Shown: positions 1 through 9,041, counted from the first letter of the stretch. The stretch is 29,057 nt of DNA from an uncultured bacterium (GCA_963977445.1 CAXBPH010000063.1:1-29057); one strand, 5' to 3'. Program-made: numbers and translations. Notes: generated by a model from the letters alone, not told the origin.

Positions 1-2
1 GG

Positions 3-287
3 GTTTACGAGCAGACCCGGAAACGGATTTCGACGGGTGACCTTAATCGTTTTATGGATGAGGTGAAACTCAAGCATAAGCCGCCGTCACAGAAGGGGAA
101 GTTCGCCAAGATCCTCTATGCGACCCAGACCGCCATTCGTCCGACCACGATCGTGCTTTTTGTCAATCAAAAGCGCCTCTTTCACTTCAGCTATATGCGT
201 TTCCTGGAAAACCAGTTACGTGAGAAATACGGTTTTGAAGGGGTTCCGATCCACCTGGAATTGCGCGAAGGAAAACCACGGGAATGA
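3..287 (+). CDS. der: Ribosome biogenesis GTPase Der/EngA, C-terminal KH-like domain (5'-truncated by window edge)
   Basis: Frame is open from position 3 (VYEQTRKRISTGDLNRF...). It contains KILYATQ...PTTIVLFVN...SYMRFLENQLREKYGFEGVPI, the typical Der C-terminus. der-plsY adjacency is common. Confidence 0.93.
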   Translation, partial: VYEQTRKRISTGDLNRFMDEVKLKHKPPSQKGKFAKILYATQTAIRPTTIVLFVNQKRLFHFSYMRFLENQLREKYGFEGVPIHLELREGKPRE

Positions 288-877
288 GCCTGACCCCCAT
301 GATGCTGTTGGCGCTGGCACTAAGCTACGCCCTCGGTTCCCTGCCCTCCGGGTTGTGGTTGGGGCTCTGGTTTCGGGGCGTCGATATTCGCAATGAAGGC
401 AGCAAGAACATTGGTGCGACCAACACCATGCGCGTGTTGGGCAAAAAACTGGGCGCGATAGCCCTGTTTTGCGACATCGTGAAAGGTCTGGTGCCCGTCG
501 TGCTTTTTGCCCGACTCGAAGCGTCGGATCTCCATTTGCCCGTAGCCTGTGGCGTGGCGGCGGTGCTGGGTCATTCCTTTTCCGTGTTTTTGCGATTTAA
601 AGGCGGAAAAGGGGTCGCTACCAGTGCGGGCGTATTTCTCGGGCTGGCAACCTGGCCCGCCTTGATATCGATTGCTACTTTCGCCGTGCTGGTTGCCATA
701 ACCCGCATGGTGAGCGTTGGTTCCATCGGTGGGGCGATTGCGCTGGCAGTCAGCGTATGGTTTTTTCCCCTCACTACCCTTGTTCGGGTCATGGCGGTAC
801 TTATTGCGGCCCTGGTCATTATTAAACACCGCAGTAACGTGAAACGGATTGTGCAGGGTGAGGAAAACCGGATTTGA
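284..877 (+). CDS. plsY: Glycerol-3-phosphate acyltransferase PlsY
   Basis: Motifs YALGSLP, DIRNEGSKNIGATN, DIVKG, GHSFSVFLRFKGGKGVAT and KHRSNVKRI; ATGA overlap with der. Confidence 0.96.
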   Translation: MSLTPMMLLALALSYALGSLPSGLWLGLWFRGVDIRNEGSKNIGATNTMRVLGKKLGAIALFCDIVKGLVPVVLFARLEASDLHLPVACGVAAVLGHSFSVFLRFKGGKGVATSAGVFLGLATWPALISIATFAVLVAITRMVSVGSIGGAIALAVSVWFFPLTTLVRVMAVLIAALVIIKHRSNVKRIVQGEENRI

Positions 878-2759
878 TTCACAACCAGGGCGCTTAGCCC
901 CCCTTTCCACGGGTGACCGCCGGATCGCGTTGGGGGTTGGCCTTGCCGCGCTGCTGATTTATCTGCTGACCCTGGCCCCGACCGTAACGGGTGAGGACAG
1001 CGGGGAACTGATCGGCGCGGCCTATTCGCTGGGCGTTCCCCACCCCCCGGGTTATCCAGTCTGGACCTTTCTCGCCCATCTGTTTACCTGGCTCCCCATT
1101 GGTGCCGTTGGGTGGCGGGTCAATTTGTTATCGGCCTGTTGCGCCGCCGGCACAGTCTCCCTGCTCACGCTTCTGGGCATCGGCCTCACGCGAAACCGGG
1201 GGGCGGCCGTCCTCGGGGCCTTGTGCTTTGCCTTCTCCCGTGTATTCTGGGAGCATGCCCTGATTGCCGAAGTTTATACCTTCACGACCCTTTTCATGGC
1301 CCTAATCCTCTACCGCTGCCTCCGTGTTTGTGACGAGGGATCTTCGACGCACCTGTATACCACGGCCCTGCTCGCGGGAATGGGGACGGGGGTACACAGT
1401 ACCCTGGTGCTGCTCCTGCCGTTCTGGCTGATTCTTCTTGTGCATCAAAGTCCCCTGCAATTGCGTCGGTCTCTCCCCCACTATCTCAAGCTCGGTGTGG
1501 CGATGTTGCTGGGGACAGCCGTGTATCTCTATCTCCCCCTGGCCTCCTTGCGTAATCCCGCCGTGGATTGGGGAGATCCCGAAACCCTGTCGCGCTGGTG
1601 GGACGTGGTACGCCGGGCCCAATTCGGTTTTATGGTCGACCAATACCCCCATAGTCTGCCTCGGTTTTTCGGACAATGCCTCACCATGACCCAATTCTGG
1701 CTCCGCGATTTTGTTGGTCTGGGGGCCTTGTTGGGACTGCTCGGGTTTGTGCTGCTTGGACGTCGCCAACGCTATCTTGCCTGCTATCTAGTCGCCATGG
1801 CCTTGGCTACTTTGCTGGCGGCGGTGTATATGCAAAATTTCGAGCACAACCGGGAATGGCTCTGGGTCATGCGGGTCTTCCTGCTGCCCGCAGAGTTTAT
1901 TACCGCCATTGGACTTATCGCTACCTTCGCATGGCTCGGCGAAAACAATAAGAACCTCCGTGGATTCGTCGTGGGCCTTGGCGTTGCTTTGCTGCTTGCC
2001 AGCCTGATGCACAACAGTACGGTTAACAAGCGGGGTGATTATGTTGCCGAGGACTACGCCCGAAACATTCTCGCCTCCCTGCCGGAGAATGCCGTTTATG
2101 TGCCCGTAGCCGACCACCAGGCCTTTCCGGTGCTGTATCTACAGGTGGCAGAAGGGCTGCGACCAGATGTCACCTTGTTGCGTAAATATGGTTACCTGGA
2201 TTTGGCCGCCGTGCCCGGACTGGCCGAGGCGGGCGAAGCCGAATGGGGCCATTTTCCCCTTCGTCGCCATGATCCCGAAATCCTCAATTGGATACTGGAA
2301 AACACCGATCGCCCCGTCTATCTATTCCCCCAGGAAGCGACTTCGGGCCTTGAGGCAAGTCTGATTCCCACCGGGTTGCTTCTCCAGGCTCTCCGGCCCG
2401 GTGAATTGCCCCAGGAGACGCCCCTGAGCGCGCTGACGTGGCGTAATCTCCTTCCCACCCATCCGGTTGCCGATTATTCCCTTTCGCTCATTCAATACGA
2501 CTGGGCCACTGCTGCCGCCCGAATGGCCTTTTCTGATGGCGACGAGACAGCGGCACTGGAACACGTTGCGGCGGCCGCAGATTTTGGACATCGCGAATCG
2601 GCGATTCTCCACAATCTCGGCGTCCTGTGTGCGCGAAATGGTGCCTATGGGCACGCTGCGTCGTATTTCCAGGAGGTTCTCGAGCAATCGCCGGAGAATG
2701 ACGCCGTCCGCAGCAAATTGGAGCGCGCGCAAGCGTTGGCGGCAAAATCAGGGGCGTAG
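849..2759 (+). CDS. DUF2723 (TMEM260-like) polytopic membrane glycosyltransferase-like protein with C-terminal TPR; start codon uncertain
   Basis: TLAPTVTGEDSGEL...LGVPHPPGYP, AEVY, YLYLPLAS..NPAVDWGDP motifs; multiple TM segments; TPR-like tail (HNLGVL..RNG.YGHA..YFQEVL). Confidence 0.85.
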   Translation: MCRVRKTGFDSQPGRLAPLSTGDRRIALGVGLAALLIYLLTLAPTVTGEDSGELIGAAYSLGVPHPPGYPVWTFLAHLFTWLPIGAVGWRVNLLSACCAAGTVSLLTLLGIGLTRNRGAAVLGALCFAFSRVFWEHALIAEVYTFTTLFMALILYRCLRVCDEGSSTHLYTTALLAGMGTGVHSTLVLLLPFWLILLVHQSPLQLRRSLPHYLKLGVAMLLGTAVYLYLPLASLRNPAVDWGDPETLSRWWDVVRRAQFGFMVDQYPHSLPRFFGQCLTMTQFWLRDFVGLGALLGLLGFVLLGRRQRYLACYLVAMALATLLAAVYMQNFEHNREWLWVMRVFLLPAEFITAIGLIATFAWLGENNKNLRGFVVGLGVALLLASLMHNSTVNKRGDYVAEDYARNILASLPENAVYVPVADHQAFPVLYLQVAEGLRPDVTLLRKYGYLDLAAVPGLAEAGEAEWGHFPLRRHDPEILNWILENTDRPVYLFPQEATSGLEASLIPTGLLLQALRPGELPQETPLSALTWRNLLPTHPVADYSLSLIQYDWATAAARMAFSDGDETAALEHVAAAADFGHRESAILHNLGVLCARNGAYGHAASYFQEVLEQSPENDAVRSKLERAQALAAKSGA

Positions 2760-2781
2760 CCGTACAGGCCGTTGTCGGAAC

Positions 2782-3234
2782 TCAGAGTCCCTGCTGGTTT
2801 GTAATCCCACCTGGTGGGCTGAGCAAGGAGTTCCACGGGTCTTCTTCCTGGATCGTAAATTTCTGAATGCGTACCTGTTGGGTTCGCTCGTTCAATACGC
2901 CCGTAAACTCCACCGACTTTCCTCGGTTTTCCGTTCCCAACCAGAGGTCCCGAGTCGCTTCGAGGGGCACCATGCCGACCATGGCATGGTGAAGCTCATC
3001 GCATGACTTCCCGTTTTTTGTGGTGATATGAAGGGCAGCAATCGCGTTTAACTCGGCGAGAAGTTTGGCGTCGTCCTGTAGTTCTTCTGCCTTCAGTCCG
3101 GGGTATAAGGCAGTGACCATGCCGGTTGCGGTTATCTCCGTCGATTTCGATGCTTCTTCTTGCTGCGAGGCGGCCCACACGGTCCCTGCAGCGAGCATGA
3201 CAACGCACGCGAAGTAGCCCATTGAACGATTCAT
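2782..3234 (-). CDS. Hypothetical exported protein (150 aa)
   Basis: ATG at 3234 preceded by GGAGA; signal-peptide-like N-terminus MNRSMGYFACVVMLAAGTVWA; no recognised family. Confidence 0.7.
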   Translation of the reverse strand: MNRSMGYFACVVMLAAGTVWAASQQEEASKSTEITATGMVTALYPGLKAEELQDDAKLLAELNAIAALHITTKNGKSCDELHHAMVGMVPLEATRDLWLGTENRGKSVEFTGVLNERTQQVRIQKFTIQEEDPWNSLLSPPGGITNQQGL

Positions 3235-3356
3235 TGTGATTTTCTCCCAGTGTCGTGATGGGATCACCGTGCCCCATCTACTACATAAACGATTGGGAGG
3301 AGAATGTGTTTGAACGGAGACGACCACGGCGTGGAGATGTTAATGACTTACATCGG

Positions 3357-3505
3357 ACGTCTTGGCGGAATAGGCAGATTGTGTAGTTGGGCAGCGATGG
3401 TGACCGTCGGGGCCGTTCCCCCCTGAGGGTAATGCACTCAGGGGGACAGCCTCGGCGGTCTACACGGGTCGCGCTGCATCGACTATCGTTTTGGCACCAA
3501 GACGT
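3357..3505 (+). other. Long imperfect hairpin (candidate structured ncRNA or REP/MITE-like element)
   Basis: Nested stems: 3357-3365/3497-3505, 3383-3390/3479-3486, 3391-3396/3472-3477, 3402-3413/3449-3460, 3419-3427/3437-3445. Wobble pairs are mostly G-T on the + strand. Confidence 0.6.
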
Positions 3506-3630
3506 GGTGAATTTATTCACCGGGCGTGCCGGGCCGATGCAGTCCCCGGGCCACGCTTCACTAACTATCGTTTTGGCACCAAGACGTCGTCTCGTTATTC
3601 ACCGGGTGTGTTGGGCCGATGCAGTCCCCG
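3482..3630. repeat. Imperfect tandem direct repeat, 82-bp period
   Basis: 3482-3548 and 3564-3630 share ACTATCGTTTTGGCACCAAGACGT exactly, plus TTATTCACCGGG and GGGCCGATGCAGTCCCCG. Confidence 0.92.
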
Positions 3631-3635
3631 CGCTG

Positions 3636-4517
3636 CTATTTCTCGTCGAGATTGGCTTTCATTTCTTCATCGGTGGGTGTTGGCGAAGGGACACCGCCTT
3701 CGGGGACGTCGAGGCCAGCAGACCAGACAATGGCATTCAGCACGAGGGTACGGAAGTTATCGTCCTGCCACCCGCGATGAAAATGAGCGCCGGTGAAACC
3801 AAAACTACGGCCACCACCAGGACGGTCGTAGGCCCAGGCCATGTGCTGGGCCTCGCCCTTGGCAATCGCCTCACGCACAAAGGGGTTGCCTTCGTGGGGA
3901 CCGTCTTTCCGGTCCATAGTAGAAACAGGAGGCACGGTGGTGAGGATGGGTGTAACACCCTTCATGCCGTCGACAAAGCGCATGTGGAAGTACCACTCGT
4001 CGTTAATTTCGAAGGGGTTGACGCCGGTGGTGATGGCGTGTGTGGGTAAGGTCGTGTAGTTGGCGGTCCAGTGTGGGTTCACGGACCAGTCGGGTTCAAA
4101 ATAGCCGCCCAGCCACTCCAGAAACTTGTCGCCACATTCCCCTTTGGTAGTTTCCACCGCGTAGTGGATGCAGGTGAGGCCGACGCCTTTGTCCATCAGC
4201 TTCTGGAAGAATTCCAGGTTCTTGTTGAGGACGTGTCCCCCACCACCGTCGCAATAGATAACAACGGACGACGCCCCGTCGAAAATGGAGGTGTCTTCCG
4301 GCCAGCCGTAGGAGGTGACCACGGCTTCCACGTTGGGCATATTTTCGTTGAGGCACTTGGCCAGAAGCATGCTTCCGGCACGGTGTTCGTGGTCGCCGGG
4401 TGCGTGGCTTGGCTTGCCAGCGATAAAGACGATCTTGGTTTTTTCTACAGCGGCGGCGTGGTTGGTGTTCGCAAGGAACATTCCCAGAGCGAGCAGGCCT
4501 ACTATGATATGACGCAT
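3636..4517 (-). CDS. ThuA-like (trehalose utilisation / class I GATase-like) domain secreted protein
   Basis: Signal peptide; KIVFIAGKPSHAPGDHEH, YCDGGGGH, DEWYFHMRF, GGRSFGFTGAHFH..W and NAIVW motifs of the PVC-type ThuA family. Confidence 0.85.
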   Translation of the reverse strand: MRHIIVGLLALGMFLANTNHAAAVEKTKIVFIAGKPSHAPGDHEHRAGSMLLAKCLNENMPNVEAVVTSYGWPEDTSIFDGASSVVIYCDGGGGHVLNKNLEFFQKLMDKGVGLTCIHYAVETTKGECGDKFLEWLGGYFEPDWSVNPHWTANYTTLPTHAITTGVNPFEINDEWYFHMRFVDGMKGVTPILTTVPPVSTMDRKDGPHEGNPFVREAIAKGEAQHMAWAYDRPGGGRSFGFTGAHFHRGWQDDNFRTLVLNAIVWSAGLDVPEGGVPSPTPTDEEMKANLDEK

Positions 4518-4748
4518 CGTGTCTCTCCTGAAGGTGCCGACACCATGTGCCGGATAGTTGCGGGAATAATAGCGCCTACTTTAGCCCTTGATTGCGCGTA
4601 TGATCAAGGGGGACCCGGGCCATTCTTTCCACGATGGCGCCATCGTTTCAGAATAGCGTCCAATTGTTTGCAGCGCTTGCCTGACGGGCGTTATGCTAGC
4701 CGTCAAATGGTTTTGACAATTCCCTACCCGTAACAGGACTCTCCCATC

Positions 4749-5303
4749 ATGTTTTCTAAACGTTTATCCACCATATCTGCCCTTGTTGTTGCCCTTATTC
4801 TGCTTCCCCTCGCCGCATTCGGTCAGGAAGAAGTTCTGAACGACGTCGTAAAAGGCGCTGCGACGGGGCCCCTCCCGCTCCTCATGCGCTGGCTCCATGT
4901 TTTTGGCGCTATCTTCCTTCTCGGTGGCACCTTTTACCTTCGGGCGGTCCTCATGCCTGCGGCCAATGAGAGCCTGGACGAAGAAACCCACGCGAAGCTC
5001 AAAGTCGGTATTATGGGCCGCTGGCGCAAAATTCTGCCGATTCTTATGCTGGTGTTGATTGTCAGCGGATTGTATAACTTCCTGGCCGTAACACGCTTTG
5101 CCCACGATGGACAGCCCCAATATCACATGCTCTTCGGCATCAAGTTTTTGCTCGCATTTGCCGTGTTTGGCCTCGCATCGATGCTGTCCGGCACCAAGAG
5201 CATTTCTCAGAAGCTTCAGAAGAACGCCAAGCTCTGGCTGGGGATTACCTTGGCCATGGGCATAGCGATCGTGATGATCGCTGGCTACATGAAAATGATG
5301 TAG
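4749..5303 (+). CDS. CopD-like membrane protein (about four TM helices) with N-terminal signal-like segment
   Basis: RWLHVFGAIFLLGG, SGLYNF and YHMLFGIKFLLA hydrophobic segments; AGGA upstream of ATG. Confidence 0.7.
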   Translation: MFSKRLSTISALVVALILLPLAAFGQEEVLNDVVKGAATGPLPLLMRWLHVFGAIFLLGGTFYLRAVLMPAANESLDEETHAKLKVGIMGRWRKILPILMLVLIVSGLYNFLAVTRFAHDGQPQYHMLFGIKFLLAFAVFGLASMLSGTKSISQKLQKNAKLWLGITLAMGIAIVMIAGYMKMM

Positions 5304-5312
5304 GGCACGCTT

Positions 5313-6680
5313 GTGAGAAAAGCTACTTCCCATCTCGTTATTGCGCTCCTCATGCTGCTGCCCCTATCCGCGCATGCCGCCTTTTCGATCAGCACCTTTA
5401 AGGCCGATGTGACGCCCCCACTCGGCGCGGCCTTGTGTGGTGGTGGCGTGCCGGTGGCCCAATCCATCACGGACCCCTTGAGTGCTCGTGGCCTCGTGTT
5501 TTTTCCTGAAAAGGAATTGCCGATTGTCGTTTGTGCGGTGGACTGGGTCGGTATTGGCAACGACGGCTATACGGCCTGGCGGGAAGCCTTGGCCAAGGCC
5601 GCCCAGACCGATGTCAGCCGCGTTACGGTTCATGTGCTACATCAGCACGATGCGCCGTTTTGCGATTTCGGCGTGGAAGACCTGCTGGAAGCCCAGCAGC
5701 TTGGTGGCGCGACCTTTGATGTGGTCGCCGCCCGGAAGGCTATTGCCGATACCGCCACCGCCGTTGCGGCTTCACTGGATAAGAAACGCCCGGTCACCCA
5801 TGTGGCTACGGGCGAAGGCATTGTAGAAAAAGTGGCCTCCAACCGCCGTATTCTCGATGAAAACGGCAAGGTCCGCGTTACCCGCTGGACGGCTACTGAG
5901 GACCCGGCCGTGCGGGCGGAGCCGGTGGGTACCATCGACCCCTTTTGTAAATCCGTAAGCTTTTGGGAAGACGAAACGCCCCTGGCGGTCTTGACCTACT
6001 ACGCCACCCACCCCCAAAGTCACTACGGAAAAGGCAAGGTTAGCGCCGACTTCGTGGGTATGGCCCGTAGTGCGCGGGAAGCGGCTCTGCCGGGTGTTCC
6101 CCACATCCACTTTAATGGTGCCGGTGGTAACCTGGGTGCCGGAAAATGGAACGACGGCGCACCGGAAAATCGCCCGGTCTTGGCGGGGCGACTGGAATCG
6201 GGGATGCGTCGGGCTTGGGAAACTTCGGTGAAGAAGCCCGTGTCGGATACGACCCTTCAATGGGATGTGGTGCCCGTGGTGTTGCCCCCACGTGATGAAA
6301 TAGATCGCGCCTATGAAGAAAACTTGCTGCAATCTACCGAGGCCAAGGAAGGCGAGCGTGTCCGTGCTGCCTATGAGTTGGCCTGGATGAATCGGAGTAA
6401 TCCGGAGCACCCCATCGAACTGAATCGCCTCAAGATCGGCCCAATCCAATTGCTCCATTTGCCGGGCGAACTCTTCGTGGAGTACCAATTGGCGGCCCAG
6501 GATATGGCACCCGGCAATCTGGTGTGCGTGGCCGCCTACGGCGACTACGGGCCCGGCTATATTGGTACCGAGGTGGCCTACGACCAAGGGGGCTACGAAA
6601 CAGCGTTGTATGTAGCCCATTGTGGTGGAAAGGTCGAGCAGGTCCTGCTGGATGGTATGGGGAAACTGCTCCGGGATTGA
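5313..6680 (+). CDS. Secreted neutral/alkaline ceramidase-like N-terminal domain protein (PVC-type hypothetical hydrolase)
   Basis: ADVTPPLG, DPLSARG, HQHDAP, VASNRR, YATHPQS, HLPGELFVEYQL and AYGDYGPGYI motifs; signal peptide. Confidence 0.75.
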   Translation: MRKATSHLVIALLMLLPLSAHAAFSISTFKADVTPPLGAALCGGGVPVAQSITDPLSARGLVFFPEKELPIVVCAVDWVGIGNDGYTAWREALAKAAQTDVSRVTVHVLHQHDAPFCDFGVEDLLEAQQLGGATFDVVAARKAIADTATAVAASLDKKRPVTHVATGEGIVEKVASNRRILDENGKVRVTRWTATEDPAVRAEPVGTIDPFCKSVSFWEDETPLAVLTYYATHPQSHYGKGKVSADFVGMARSAREAALPGVPHIHFNGAGGNLGAGKWNDGAPENRPVLAGRLESGMRRAWETSVKKPVSDTTLQWDVVPVVLPPRDEIDRAYEENLLQSTEAKEGERVRAAYELAWMNRSNPEHPIELNRLKIGPIQLLHLPGELFVEYQLAAQDMAPGNLVCVAAYGDYGPGYIGTEVAYDQGGYETALYVAHCGGKVEQVLLDGMGKLLRD

Positions 6681-6702
6681 CCCGTTTAGTTTAATCTTCG
6701 AT

Positions 6703-6761
6703 AAAAAAGACTACGCGCCCGCGACGACGTTGGAATGAGGAACGTCGCGGGCGCGTTTTTT
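6703..6761. terminator. Bidirectional intrinsic terminator
   Basis: Perfect 14-bp stem ACGCGCCCGCGACG (6713-6726) / CGTCGCGGGCGCGT (6743-6756); A6 at 6703-6708 and T6 at 6756-6761; lies between convergent genes. Confidence 0.88.
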
Positions 6762-6777
6762 GTCTGAAGGCCGTGAG

Positions 6778-6906
6778 TTACTTGTTTTTGGAGGCACCAA
6801 AGGCACCGCTCAGCAGCGTGACAAACGCCGTGAGCCAGACCTGGAGAAAGATGGCACCAAAGGCATCACTCGCCTTCGCAACGGAAATGGGGCGTACATG
6901 TTTCAT
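6778..6906 (-). CDS. Unannotated 42-aa small protein MKHVRPISVAKASDAFGAIFLQVWLTAFVTLLSGAFGASKNK
   Basis: Translated by hand. AAGGAGG lies 7 nt before the ATG; TAA at 6778-6780; terminator immediately downstream. Basic leader followed by a hydrophobic/amphipathic helix. Confidence 0.82.
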   Translation of the reverse strand: MKHVRPISVAKASDAFGAIFLQVWLTAFVTLLSGAFGASKNK

Positions 6907-6992
6907 GGGATATCCTCCTTGATGAGATGATGTTTCTATTATTTCCTATAGCCACCAGACGCCCGTTACCGCCATTTTATTCATTCTATACC

Positions 6993-8354
6993 TTAGCGCC
7001 AGACCGACCGGATCGTCTTTGGGATATCCGTGTTGTCGATATAGGGGCCACGGCGGGAGTCGGTGCCTTTGACGGCATCTAACAGTTTCTCGGATCCGTT
7101 GCCTTTGGAGTAGACAGGAACGAGCTGATTGGTGTGGCTGCCCGTATTCCACTGAAATCCGGGAGTAACGCCTTTACCCTTGTTCTCGAGGGGCTTAACT
7201 TCTGGATCAGAGCCGGGGCCGCAGAGGTAGCCCGTTTCGTGATCGGCGGTGATAATGAGCAAGGTGTCATCCCAGCTGCTGTTGGCTTCGACCCAGGCGA
7301 CTACCGCCTCTATGGCCAAGTCGAAATCATGCTGCTCTTCTATCAGGCGGCCAAAGGCATTGCCATGACCAGCCCAATCGATAGCGCCCCCCTCGGCCAT
7401 CAGGAAAAAGCCGTCGGGGTCCTGGGAGAGCACGTTAAGTGCGCCCGTAATGATAAGGGGCATGTCGGGTAAGCCCGGCGTGAATGGCACCTCATAGGGG
7501 CCTGCTTTCTTTTCTCCACCCCGATTGGCCTGCAGGGTAGCGGCCACCGGCAGTACGCCGAGGATACGACCGGCATTGGTGCCATCTTTAGCGAGGGCCT
7601 GAAAGCCGGCAAGATCATCGACAAGTTTCCACGGGTCGGGCGTGCCGTCGCCGTCGATATCGGCACCTGCCGTACCTTCTTTGATGGACCGCCAGAGGTC
7701 TTCACCGCCAATGCGTTCGTAGCTACCCTCGGTCTTGTAGGGCTTGTCTCCGAGGCCGCCGACCTGCTTGTGGTCATCGTCAAACCAGGGATGGCCCGCA
7801 CCGATGAGGACGTCGAGGGTGCTTTCGTTGATCATGCTCTGGGCCAGCTCTTCCACGTCATTTCGTGACTTGGAAAAGGTCGTGAAGGCCGCCGGTGTGG
7901 CGTGACTCAGGTACACCGTCGAGAGGACGCCCGTGGCCTTCCCCATTGCTTCCGCATCCTGATAAAGATGACGGAGGGGCTTGCCGTCGGCATCCTGACC
8001 GATGCGCTTATCCAATGTCTTTACGCCACTGGAAAGGGTGGTGGCGGCGGCTGCCGAATCGGTGGAGCCTTTGCGCACGTAATCAAAGTCGCTTGCTGCT
8101 TTTTCTGGATCGTAACCCTTTCCGCTGGCGGAATAGGTGGTCGCGGCCAGGGGTTGAAACTGCCAGAAGGGCTGCCCATCGGGCTTGCCGTAGAAATAGA
8201 TACCGGCCGATTCCACCTGGGCGAAGCCCATGCCATCCCCTATCATAAGAATAACGTTTTTCGGGCCGGCTTTCTCCGCACCATGGGCGGACAAGCCCGC
8301 AGTGACCAAGGTGCCGAGCACCATAGCGGTGAGAACATGTTTGCTGTACTTCAT
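6993..8354 (-). CDS. phoA: Alkaline phosphatase (PhoA family), secreted
   Basis: NVILMIGDGMG, TDSAAAAT (catalytic Ser), HATPAAF, EGGAIDWAGHGN, TADHETG and GSHT metal-ligand motifs; signal peptide. Confidence 0.92.
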   Translation of the reverse strand: MKYSKHVLTAMVLGTLVTAGLSAHGAEKAGPKNVILMIGDGMGFAQVESAGIYFYGKPDGQPFWQFQPLAATTYSASGKGYDPEKAASDFDYVRKGSTDSAAAATTLSSGVKTLDKRIGQDADGKPLRHLYQDAEAMGKATGVLSTVYLSHATPAAFTTFSKSRNDVEELAQSMINESTLDVLIGAGHPWFDDDHKQVGGLGDKPYKTEGSYERIGGEDLWRSIKEGTAGADIDGDGTPDPWKLVDDLAGFQALAKDGTNAGRILGVLPVAATLQANRGGEKKAGPYEVPFTPGLPDMPLIITGALNVLSQDPDGFFLMAEGGAIDWAGHGNAFGRLIEEQHDFDLAIEAVVAWVEANSSWDDTLLIITADHETGYLCGPGSDPEVKPLENKGKGVTPGFQWNTGSHTNQLVPVYSKGNGSEKLLDAVKGTDSRRGPYIDNTDIPKTIRSVWR

Positions 8355-9041
8355 TTAACATTCCTCCGTCTGGATGCCACGCAGGTAGTCATCCAACATT
8401 TTTCCTGGCTCATTCACAAAAGTTATATCCGCAAGGGTCATTTCGCCCATGCGATCGATTCGAAAATTTCGAAAAGCGTTTCGAAGTTCACACCACGCGC
8501 CAAAAGACCAGGTGGTGCCCCAGAAGAACAGACCAAGTGGTCGGACGGTACGGCTAGCTTCGGCACCATCGGCCCGGGTGTAGTGAAATGATATTTTTCG
8601 TTGTTCCAGTATGCCTTGTCGCACGACGCCCAACTTCAACCGTAGGTCCCGATTGATATGGAAATCGGGCACCATGAGTGTTTGACTGTCCAAACTCTCC
8701 AGCCGTGTCGTGTCAGTTACGGCCCGCACCTTCTCCAGAACCCGCCGTGCGGCCTGCTCGAGGCCGGGGTCTCCCCAAGCCTGCACCATCCGCGCGCCGA
8801 GGGCCAGGGCGTGGGCTTCTTCATTGCTGAACATGAGGGGCGGCAGGTCGAAATCCCGCCGCAGGATATAGCCCACGCCCGCTTCGCCTTCAATGGGTAC
8901 GCCCGACAATACCAACGATTGAATATCCCGGTAAATAGTCCGCTCAGAGACATTCAATTCGCGGGCAAGTTGGTGTGCCGTTGTTGTGCGGGAGCGACGC
9001 AACAGCAGGACCAGCTGAAACAGCCGTTCGGCTTTATTCAT
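8355..9041 (-). CDS. YafY-family HTH-WYL transcriptional regulator
   Basis: MNKAERLFQLV..., LARELNVSERTIYRDI..L...GVPIEGEAGVGY, LPPLMF, RTVRPLGL, AWCELRNAFRNFRIDR. ATG at 9041 overlaps the upstream gene's stop. Confidence 0.93.
   Translation of the reverse strand: MNKAERLFQLVLLLRRSRTTTAHQLARELNVSERTIYRDIQSLVLSGVPIEGEAGVGYILRRDFDLPPLMFSNEEAHALALGARMVQAWGDPGLEQAARRVLEKVRAVTDTTRLESLDSQTLMVPDFHINRDLRLKLGVVRQGILEQRKISFHYTRADGAEASRTVRPLGLFFWGTTWSFGAWCELRNAFRNFRIDRMGEMTLADITFVNEPGKMLDDYLRGIQTEEC

Noticed and set aside
3345..3545. 6S RNA or SRP RNA call for the long hairpin
   Set aside because: No SRP GGAA-loop motif, and the stem/bubble proportions and sequence do not match 6S convincingly. Left as an unknown structure pending an Rfam search.
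3482..3630. Possible mini CRISPR array
   Set aside because: Only two units, the would-be spacers are themselves similar, and there are no cas genes; it is a tandem duplication.
3387..4049. 220-aa plus-strand ORF crossing the hairpin/repeat region
   Set aside because: Overlaps the ThuA-like gene antisense, starts at TTG with no clear SD, and is not protein-like.
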